A stretch of DNA of 64,000 bases, from NCBI GenBank assembly GCA_013265495.1, contig MU058198.1, positions 2,058,419-2,122,418 on the forward strand, in the 5' to 3' direction. Source of the stretch: Vicugna vicugna (Eukaryota). The position numbers and the translations under genes are program-made. Each line of letters opens with the position of its first letter. The first letter of the stretch is position 1. Positions 14,415 through 25,400 of the stretch are shown one piece after another. The notes under the pieces were generated by a model. The model was not told the origin of the DNA and searched no databases. It saw nothing but the letters and a program-made list of their open reading frames with translations.

Positions 14415-14531
14415 CAAAAGGTGCCATGAGATTCAGTTCCAACCGTTATGTCTTCCTTAGACTCCTCTGCTACACCTGGATACATGGAGTGGCGTTCCTA
14501 TGTGTGTATCTCAGTGTACATATGTTTATGT

Positions 14532-14537
14532 AATAAA
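14532..14537 (+). terminator. Polyadenylation signal AATAAA of gene 1
   Basis: Canonical AATAAA about 120 nt after the stop codon, with T/GT-rich sequence downstream. Confidence 0.65.
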
Positions 14538-15299
14538 CAGTCCCACAAAGGAAAACATATGTCCCTTCTTTGTAGATTTACATCAGCAGCCTGTGTATCC
14601 AGCATGTGCAAATCTAAAGGAATTTGGTGAAAATTTTTGTTTTCTCTCCTAGAAATATGAAAGAGCAACATTTATCAGACTGGGGACAAGAACCTACTCT
14701 TGAGTATTCTGAATGTTTGAACAGAAACATCCAGAAATGATGCTATTCCACACGTGCTGAGCAAGCAGGAATTACCCACCGCCCCAGCCGCCCCCGGGGA
14801 GGTGGAGTGGGTACAGGCTGCCTAGGCTGGCCAACAGGGAACCTTGGCTGGGTCTGGCAAGCAAGCAACTCTTCTCTGGGGTTGTTGGCAGGCTGGTGGG
14901 TCACCTCCGTGAATCACTGGGAATCCACACTTAAGGGGGCGGGGGGGCGGTTCAGGGAGGGGGAGTGAAGTTCCACATCTGCTGCTGGTAAGAGCAGGAA
15001 GAATCTAGGAGAACATCCTTAAGCCCATTGCCCTGCAGAGCTCCTCCAGCGCCCTCTCCTGACAAACGTTAACCTGTCAGTTCAAGAGCCTAGCTCTGGC
15101 GCTGAGAGGCAGTAAATGATACGTATCTGGCACAGCCGACAGAGGATTTATCCTTCGATAGTCAGAATGCAGAATCTGTGACTCGTTAAGTTACACTGGA
15201 GCTGGGTATTCGGGTGGGATCAGCCAAGAGGAGCAAGCATCGAGGAAACTGGGGAGCATGAGAAAGGTCTGGAGGTGGGGTCAACTGAAAGACTGGCTG

Positions 15300-16500
15300 A
15301 GGGCTCAGACGAGAGGCAGCGGTTTTCCCGCGCCAAGAGGTCAAGGGCAGAGGCGGAGGGGTGGCGGGTTGCGGGGGCGGAAGGGCTGCGCATGCGGGGG
15401 CAAGGGCCGCGTGTTCTGCGTGTATTATGCTTCACGACGGGGACCTTTCGGGTAGCCCGCCGGTGGGGGTTTGCAAGACGCGGTAAATTTTCTATTTAAA
15501 CACCACCAATCCTGGGCGTGAGGGGACGGGGCAGCCACTGGCTCTCCTTAAACTTTCTGCCACCAGTCACTGGGCCCGCTGAGGGTGACGTTGACACAGG
15601 AGGGAGAGGGAGCCCGCGAGACGTGGAGGATTGTGGGGTCGTCCAGTAGGGTCCAGAGGCAGAGAACCTGGGGAGCAAGCGAAGGGGCGCCGAGGTGGGG
15701 CCTTCAGGGTCTGGGCGGTGCACGAGGGGTGCAGTGGGGAACGAGGGCAGGCTCTGAGGTGTCAGGGGCCGAGGGACCTGTGTGCGGAGGGGAAGGAGGA
15801 GCGGGCTGGCCGGTTCTGGGAAGGTGGGAGGATTGGCAGGCCGCTCTGGGGCTGAGGGCTGGGAGTGCGACGAGCCGGGGACTAGGCGCGGGCAGGTTGC
15901 GCGGAGAAGGGGCGGTGGCCGCGCGCGGCCGCAAACCTGCGGGGGCGGGGGGAGGGGCGGGGCCGGTTGCGAGGAGGGCGTTGGGAGGAGGCCCTGCGCC
16001 GGAGTCGCCGCACGTTTCTCCGCCGCGGAGGCAAAGGCGGAGGCGGTGGCGGTGGCGGTTAAGAGGCCTGAGCGGTGAGTGTCTGGCCCTCCGCGCCCTT
16101 GTTCCTTCTCCCCAGCTTCCCCTGCTCAGCCAGGTGCTCCGCGGAGTTCCCGGAGGCCGACCCCACTGCCTGCGCTCAGAGCCAGAAAGTGCGTGTCCTA
16201 CCCCTACCCCCTCCCCGCAAAAGTCACACACAAACCGTCTGCAACCCTTTCTCCCCCCAAAACAATTAAACCAGACGACAACCCTCGCAGAATCCCCTAT
16301 GACTTACCCCAGTCTGTCAGTCACTCGGCCTCGTCCCTCCGTGTCGCCCGCTCTCCCACCACATACTGCCGCTGCTTGGGGGTTTACTCAGGAGGGAAGG
16401 GTCATGACGCCTCTACCTTTAGACCTCACAGAACTTTCTAGGGGACTATGAGGCGGGACAACAGGCAAAATAAAGTTTACTTTTCCTCGTCGTGGATTAT
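15300..16500. promoter_or_regulatory. CpG island, probable promoter and non-coding first exon(s) of gene 2
   Basis: Abrupt GC- and CpG-rich stretch in AT-rich surroundings; GC boxes at 15941-15963, NRF1-like TGCGCATGCG at 15387-15396, E2F-like TTTCCCGCGCCAA at 15324-15336; splice donors at 15483 (cg|gtaaat) and 16075 (cg|gtgagt). Confidence 0.8.
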
Positions 16501-19500
16501 CCCAAATCTCTTATTTTCTCTAAAAAAGGGAACACTGTCTTCTTACTCTTTGTGGTATGATCCTTTCTCTGGAGAAAATAAAGATTGGAAGTGGATTGGG
16601 TCACAAGATAAAGGAAAGTAAATTGAAATTTAAAACTATGTTTTTCCAGTCACCAGAGTCCTCAGAAGCTATTTTTGCCAGATTTTTGCCTTCTGGAACT
16701 TGACTTAAGCGGTATTTGCTGTTTTTAACTTTGATCTGAGCCTTTTGAATAAGGATTAGCTTCTATATTGTTTATTTTGCAGATATATACTAAATACCAA
16801 CTATGGTGAGGTCCAATTTTACATAAAATCCATATTGTTATCTTGAAGGAAAGCACAACAGTAGCTGGCATCACTGTATCCGGAAAATCTGAAATGGTAT
16901 AAGCCCTTCACTCACTACCTGGTTAAAAATTCATGGAAAATCATTTGATTTTACAAGTCTCTGGCAATGGCCTAACCTGGTTTGTTTGTTTGTTAGTCTG
17001 CTTGGTTTGTCTGTTTTGTTTCATTTTCACCATTGCCCCATGTGCAGAAGACACTTGCCATGCCCTTCTTGGTTAAGATTAGTCTTAATTTAGATCTTCA
17101 GAAATGCTTGCCTAAATTCAAGATAATGTTCAAAGCCATGTACTAGATACTACAGACATAAAAATGAACAAGAGTCTATACCAACCTCTACATTTTGAGA
17201 GGAATCCGTTTTCTCTTGTAATGAGGCCAAGAACCACTAAAATAGGAGAAAATGTGAGGAATCCCATAAGCATAGTAGTCACTGGAGTATTTTACTTCCC
17301 AGAGTGAATGTGGCAATACCCCATAAAAAGAAGAATGCAATCATGGGGTTTTTTTTCAGTTTTATTGAGATATTATTGACATACAACATGTAACTTTAAG
17401 GTGTACAGTATGATAATTTGATACCCATATCTATTGCAAAATGATTACCATAGTAAGGTTAGTTAATAGGTTCAACTCCTCACATAGTTAGCATTTTTGG
17501 TGTGTGTCGTGATAACATTTAAAATCTCTAAACATGCTTTGATATCCTTCTCTTTACCTTTTGTATATGTACTGTAAATTCGACCTATGTGGTTACTGTG
17601 AGTCTTACATAAAAGGTGTTTAAGATATAACAATGTTTTTTCAGCTGATTACTTAACTTTGATCACATGCAAAAACTCTATCCTGTTAATTTCTCCTCTC
17701 CATATTTTATGTTTTTGATGTTAACACTTCACCTCTTTTATATCATATGTCCATTACCAAATTATTGTAGCTATAGCTCTTTTAATACTTTTGTCCTATA
17801 AACCTTTATAATAGAGTTAAATAATTAACAGACCTCCGTATTACAGTACTACAGTGTTCCGAATTTGACTGTATACTTTACCAACGTGTTGTGTATTTTC
17901 TCATGTTACTAATTAGTTACTAATTAGTAGCAAATGACCTCCTTATTAATCACTGATTCTCTGCTTAATCAAGTCTGCTGTTGAAGCTTCTTACTGTAGT
18001 CTGCAGAAATCTTAGATTTGAAGACTAGATTCCATAATTTTACTGATTTTTGTCTGATTATTTTGTTGCACTAAAGGTGGTTAAAATCTCCCTTTGTGTT
18101 ATTATAGTTTTCCCTATTTGTACCTGCGTATCTGCTAACATTTGCTTTAGTCTCTTTTGAGCCCATGATATGAAATATATATATATTTCATTATATATAT
18201 ATGAGATTGTTATGTTTTTCTGGTGAATCAAATCTTAATTTCGTCTAGTAATACTCTTTTTTTCCTTAAGATTTTTTTTTTTTTTTGATCTAGCATGAGA
18301 CCGTGCAGCCATTTTTTCCCTTGGTTAGTGGGTTTGCATGGTCCATTTTTTTCAGTCCATCTGCTGTCAACCTTTCAATAAGTTGATACTTGAAATGTTT
18401 GTTTTATGGGTTTCTTTTTTAAATGCTCTCTGGCAATTATTATTTTCATATGGAGCATTTAGATCACTTTATCATTTAGTGTAATTCCTGATACTTAATA
18501 TTTGGTTTTAAAGTCACTATCTTTTGATCTATTTCCTATTTGTGGAACCAGTTCTACATTTCTTTTTCTCCCTTATCTAGCCTTTATTTGCTTGTTAGAG
18601 TTATCTTATTTCCTTTTTTCTCTCTTAGTTTAGTATTTTTCACTCTTTTGCTATTATTTTAATATTTTTCATAAATACAGCATGCACTTTTGTCTATCAG
18701 TGTTTAATACTAATTGGGACTTTTGCAGTGCCCATAGAAATTGCAAAGTCCTCAGAAGATAGGCTCTGTTTATCTCTGTTCTTACTTTATTTGCTAATGT
18801 TCTCATGTATTTCTACATATAGTTCAATCCCTTCAGCCACAGACATGGTTTTATGCAGTTAAAAATTATTTAGATGTACGCTTTTCTGTTTTACTTCTTT
18901 TGTTATCTTTTGTCTTCCATATGTATACTTTCTTTATACAAATGGTCCCCTTTAAGCATTTTTAAAATTTGTTTTCTAATGACAAATTTTCAACTTGTAT
19001 TTCTTTGTTTTTGTCTTCATTTCACCTTAATTCTTGAAAATTATCCTTTCCTTGGTATAAAATTAGTCGGTAGTTATTTCCTTGCAGCAGTTTGAATATA
19101 TTTATTTCAATCTCTGTTGGTTTCCGTCTTTTTCAAAGAAGTCACAGTCTTATCATTGCTTTTATGAAGGTCATCTGTCTGTTTTCTGTGGTAGCCTCAT
19201 TATTATGTACTTAAATGTAGAAAGGTTTTCATTTATCCTGCCTGGGGTTCATCTTGAGCCTGTAATTTTATGTTTTTCATCAATTTCAGAAAAATTTCAG
19301 CTCTTTTCTCTTCATTTGTTACCTCTCTTCATTTCTATTTGTACTGTCCTCCAGTTATGTATTCATTAAATTTTATGACTATTTCTGTGTCACTGTATTC
19401 TTTGTTTTTCTATTTGTCTCTCTGTTTGAGTATTTTATTCTGAAAAAATTTCCTGACCAATTATTTCTCTTCAGCTGTATCAAATCTGCAATTATAGTAT

Positions 19501-22413
19501 CCATCGAGGTTAAATTCAGCTGAGATAGTCTTCTATTTTAGAATTATTTGGCTGTTTTCCATATTTGTCATTCCATTGTCATAGTTCCAGTTCTCATATT
19601 CTCAATCTTGTCTTTTTTTCTTTTTGAATGTAGAAGTTATAGTTATTTGAAAGGCTCACATATAGAACCTTTTGAAGTGCTTCTGTGTTTGCTTCTTACT
19701 TTCTCATTCATGTAATCTTATTTTCCTGTCTATGGTTATTTTATATTATATGATAGAAATTATATTTGGAAATTGGTTTTTAGAAATAATTTGATTTGAG
19801 ATGTTTCTTAATTCCTTCAGAGAGATTTTGTTTTTTTGTTTGCTTTTATCTGGCACCTTGGTTAAATCTCAGAGCTTGAGCAGCTTTGGAGCTCTGTTTC
19901 AGTATCTGTAATGTGCAGCCTACTTCTAGTTTACCTTAACTTGGCAGCCCAAAGGAAGGAAATTTTCCCAACCTACCCTCAACCCAGGTCTGTGAATTTA
20001 ACTTTGGTCACTCTGCTACATGAGGCTCTCAAAACAGCTGCTTAGCTTCCCAGTCTCTTGGCTGGCACTTCAGGAATTGACAATATCTAGGAGTAAAGAT
20101 TCCCCAATGCTAGGCCTACCTCCGCAGATTTCAAACTTCTACTTGTACTTAGCATAACTTTTTCAAACTTCTACTTGTACTTTGAATAACTTATTCTCCT
20201 CTTCCTGAAGGTAGACCTATATTATTTTCTTATCTGCTAGATTTGTAGTTATGTCTGCCTTTACATTCTGAATATTATTTATTTATACTTTCCTTTTTAT
20301 CTTGATGAATTTCACCAGAGATTTGCTTACTTTACTATTCTTTAAATATATATATTGCTTTTATTATTTCTCTCTATTAATTTCTGTTTTCTATTTCATA
20401 TATGTATGCATTTAGCTTTATTTCTTTTCTCCTGCTTTAGTTGTGTTTATTCTGTTGCTTTAGTTGTGTTTATTCTGTTGTTCTTTTTCTAACTCATTAA
20501 ATTGTATCCTAAGACCATTTATTTTAAACCTCTTTTGCTTTTTCACATAGGAAATAAAAGTATACATTCCCATCTAAGTATAACATTAGTTATCTTCCAC
20601 AAGTATTGAAATGTAGTATTTTTACTATCAGTTGGTTTTATGTATTTTAAATTCCCTCTAATTTCTCCTTTGACAGATGAACTGCTTAGAAGTATTTTTT
20701 AAATACCTAAATCTGCAGGAATCTTTAACTCATCTTTTTATGTAACTCCACCTTAATACAGTTGTGATCATAGGCTGTGTTCTGTATGATACTGGCAATT
20801 TGAAATTTATGGGGCTGTTGCTGTTATGGCTAGAATATGATCAGTTTTTATAAATGCTTTATGTGTGCTTGAGCAACAATCTTAATTGTTGTGTAGAGTA
20901 TTCTGCATATATGTATGAGATCAACTTCTTAATTATGTTGTGTTTAAATTGTCTATATTTTTCTATTTGCCTAACCTGTCAAAAACTGTGAAAATTGTAT
21001 TGAAATCTTTCAGTATGATGGTTGATTGATCAGTTTATCCCTGTACTTGTATGGAAGTTATTTTATATGTTTTTAGACTATGTTACAAGTATATGTTAGT
21101 ATAGTATTGATATCTGATGCACATAGGCATAGAATTGCTAAGATCTCCTGGTGAATTGAGCCTTTTATTGTATGGTAAGTCTCTTTTTTTTTTGTCATAA
21201 AGACAAACTATTATAGCTCTCCCAGCATTACTTTTAGAATTTACATATTCTTATGTTTAGATATGGCCCTTTATAAACACTATTTAGCTAAATTTCAAAA
21301 TTGAAATTTATTATTTCTATTAACAGATTTAATCCGTTTACATTTTTTGTGATTACTAACCTATTTGAGTGATTCTACCATCTTAATTTTTACATTTTGA
21401 TTGTTGTTCATTTTCTATTCTTCTTCTGTGTCCTGCTTTGCTTTTCAATTTTAATTAGTAGAATTTTTTTTCTTTTATTTATAGTGGTGGAAAGATAATC
21501 TTTTCAATAAAATAATTAATACTGAGTCGGATATTCACATGAAAAAGATTCAACCTTAACCTCTTTATAAAACAAACATAAAAGTCAATTTTAAGTGGAG
21601 AATAGATTTAAAGATGAAAAGAAAAACAATAAAGCATTTAAAAGAGAATATAGAAGAACAGATTGGAGTAAGCATATTTTTAACAGGATACACAAAAACC
21701 TATTTAATTGAACTGCATTAAAAGTAAAAGCTTTACTTATCAAAAAATACTTTGAAGAGAGTAAATAGGCAAGTTGTAGAGCTGGAGAAGATATTTCTCT
21801 TATTTATTTTGAAAGGAATATATGCTAGAATATGTGAAAAACACTTTTCTCAATAAGAAAATGTTGCCTCCCCCTAATAAAAGTTTGTAAAAGACTTGAA
21901 CAGGCACCACACAAAACACGACATGCAAATGTCTGACTTTGTGTAAGGGTAATGTGAGCCTCCTAAAATGAATTTGTACATGTTCCTCTCCTCTTCTATT
22001 TTTTGAAAAAGTTTAAGAAGGATTGGTGTTAATTCTTCTTTAAATATTTAGTAGAATTCACCTGTGAAGCCATCTGGTCTTAGAAACTGAAATAGCAATA
22101 TCAGATCCTATTAGCTTATGCCATCTGGAGAAATAGAACTATATCTTACGGATAGTTTTTCTATTTCTTTGTTTTTTAAACATACTACAACTTTCTAGAT
22201 ATTAAGGAAATTATTGGATAGAAAAATAGTAATTTAATTTTCTTTACTTCAAATATGTATTATTCTTGCTCTCAATATTTGAGACAGATTAAGGAGAAAA
22301 TTAGGATAAAGAAGTAATATTGTTATTTGCTTGATGTTTACATTATTAGGTAACTTCACATTGAAAAACTTTTTTTCCATCCCTGGAGTTGAACATACAC
22401 TTTTTGTAGAAGA

Positions 22414-22473
22414 ATGGATTTGTTGGCACTCAGGCAATTTGCAGTGCTCCTCTGGAAAAATTTTACCCTAAAG
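22414..22473 (+). CDS. Gene 2 first coding exon: [20 protein letters not shown]
   Basis: agaATGg Kozak context, ABCA xLLWKN motif, aag|gtgtgt donor; candidate acceptors at 22349 or 22409. Confidence 0.9.
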
Positions 22474-25400
22474 GTGTGTAAAAGTATCCACAGAAAATGT
22501 TCATAAATGCCTATTTGTTGCAGTTCAGATTTTGTGTGTGGGTGTGAGTGGGCACATGCTCACATGTGCACGTTTTTGAAAAATCAGTTCCTGGACTGTA
22601 GGTGGCTCTTCTAAATCTATTAAGCTGAGTTAATCAATAGTATAGTTGACCTATAAGAAAGTTGGGAGGGGAGCTGGAGGGATGATGTGAGATAGTCCAG
22701 GAAACACTGGCTGTTTCAAAGTGAAATTGAGAGAAACTTAATAGAACTAACCATTTGCACTGAATATGTACTCTTAAGTTAATTAACATGATCTTTTTGT
22801 TCCTCTTTTAGAGAAGGAAGTTCTTTAACTTAATATTGGAAGTCTTAACAATATTAGTGTTTCCAATGATGCTTTTGCTATTCCGTGCAATTATTGAGAT
22901 GAATGTTACTGGACCTTACAATTTTACCTCTCAACCCATCAGTACTCTGCCTTCTTTCCTCCAAAATCCTGAAGAGTGGAAATTGATTTATGTGCCTTCT
23001 AATATTGATGTAGTAAAAGAGATCACTGAAAATGTGAAGAGGAATCTAAACATCAGTATAAAAGGTTAGAAATTAAGGTTTTCTGTAAAGCTTATTATGA
23101 ATTTATTGTTATTTTTGATGGAGCTAACAATGAGGGAGATTAGAATAAAGTTGGAGTCACATTCCTCAATTTTAAGATGTATAACTGTAGTTATAAAGAC
23201 AGTATAGTATTGGTGGAAGGATAAACATGCAAAGCAAAGATCTACACAAACACACCAAAATATTTTTTAACAATAGTGCAAAAGAATTCAGTGGAAGGAT
23301 AATCTTTAAAACAAATATTTAAACAAATACTGACCAATTGGACATTAATGGCTAAAACAATGAAATCTCACACCTTATGCAAAAATCACATCAAAATGGA
23401 TCACAGATCTAAAAGTAAAATGATGAAACATTTAGGATAGAACATAGCAGAAAATCTTTGTAATGCTCAGTTGAAGAATTCTTAGGCATGACATTAAAAC
23501 ATCATCCATGAAAGAAAAAAAATTGATAAACTGGACTTTTGATATATAATTTTATTAGTGGTTGCTCTTGTAGTTAAATATGCATATTTAATTTTTCATA
23601 GGTTACTTAGAACTGTCATATTACGACTTTATCATAATGTCAGATGTTTACCACTTTATAGATCCCTTTATATTTCCCACTTTGTTTTAGTTTTCATATC
23701 TATGTAAGTTGAAAACTTCACTAGAAAATGATATAATTCACACAAATATTTTTAAAGAACTTAAGAAGAGAAAATTATTTACCCAGATGTTTACCATAGC
23801 TGTGGTTCTTCCTTCATTTTCAAAGTTCCAAGTTCCTTCTAAAGATTAAGATTTCTTATTTTCCTCCCTTACACTATACACAAAAATAAACTCAAAATGA
23901 ATCAAAGACTTAAACATAAGAGAAGATGCAATAAACCTCCTAGAAGAAAATATAGACAAAACATTATCTGAACATACGTCTCAAAAATGTTCTCCTAGGG
24001 CAGTCTACCCAAGCAATAGAAATAAAAGCGAGAATAAACAAATGGGACCTAATGAAACTTAAAAGCTTCTGCACAGCAAAGGAAACCATAAGTAAAACAA
24101 AACGACCACCTATGGAATGGGAGAAAATTTTTGCAAATGAAACCAACAAAGGCTTGATCTCCAGAATATATAAGGAGCTCAGATGACTTAATAAGAAAAA
24201 AACAAACAACCCAATCCAAAAATGGGCAGAAGACCTTAACAAGCAATTCTCCAAGGAAGACATACAAATGGTCAATAGGCACATGAAAAAATGCTCCATA
24301 TCACTAATTATCAGAGAAATGCAAATTGAAACTACAATGAGGTATCATCTCACACCAGTCAGAATGGCCATCATTCAAAAATCCACAAATGACAAATACT
24401 GGAGAGGCTATGGAGAAAAGGGAACCCTCTTACACTGCTGGTGGGAATGCAGTTTGGTGCAGCCACTGTGGAAAACAGTATGGAGATTCCTCAAAAGACT
24501 AGGAATAGACTTACCCTATGACCCAGGAATCCTGCTCCTGGGCATATATCCAGAAGGATCCCTACTTCAGAAGACACCTGCACCCCAATGTTCATAGCAG
24601 CACTATTTACAATAGCGAAGACATGGTAACAGCCTAAATGTCCATCAACAGATGACTGGATAAAGAAGAGGTGGTATATTTACACAATGGAATACTATTC
24701 AGCCATAAAAACCGACAACGCCATTTGCAGCAGCGTGGATGTTCCTGGAGAATGTCATTCTAACTGAAGTAAGCCAGAAAGAGAAAGAAAAATACCATAT
24801 GAGATCACTCATCTGTGGAATCTTAAAAAAAAAACATAAATACAAAACAGAAACAGACTCATAGACATAGACTACAAACTTGTGGTTTCCCAGGTTGGGG
24901 GTGGGAAGGGACAGACTGGAAGTTCAAAATTTGTAGATACTGACAGGCATATGTAGAATAGATACATAAGATTATACAGTATAGCACAGGGAAATATATA
25001 TAAGATCTTGTGGTAGCTCACGGAAAAAAATGTGACAATGAATATATGTATGTTCATGTATAACTGAAAAATTGTGCTCTACACTGGAATTTGACACAAC
25101 ATTGTAAAATGACTGTAACTCAATAAAAAATGTTTTAAAGAAAAGATTTCTTGTTTTCCTTCTTTCTGAAAAACTTACTTTAACAATTTTTTAGAGCAGG
25201 TCTACTAGTAATGAATTCTCTTTGTTTTCTTTCATCTGAGAAAATCTTTAATTTAATTTCACTCCTGAAGATTATTTTCATTTGGTACAGAATTCTGGGT
25301 TGACACTATTTTCTTTCAACATTTAAAAAATATTTGCCACTTTCTTCTGATCTCCTTGATTTCTGGAGAACCTGCAGTTTATGAATCCTCCTATCCCTAT

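Noticed and set aside
15585..16451. 288-aa ORF and overlapping ORFs on both strands
   Set aside because: G/A/R/P-rich, starts at GTG, no recognisable domain; expected from stop-codon depletion in a CpG island
17330..22100. Hydrophobic ORFs at 18874-19369 as membrane-protein exons
   Set aside because: T-rich decayed antisense L1-like sequence; no ABCA homology and not needed for the spliced frame
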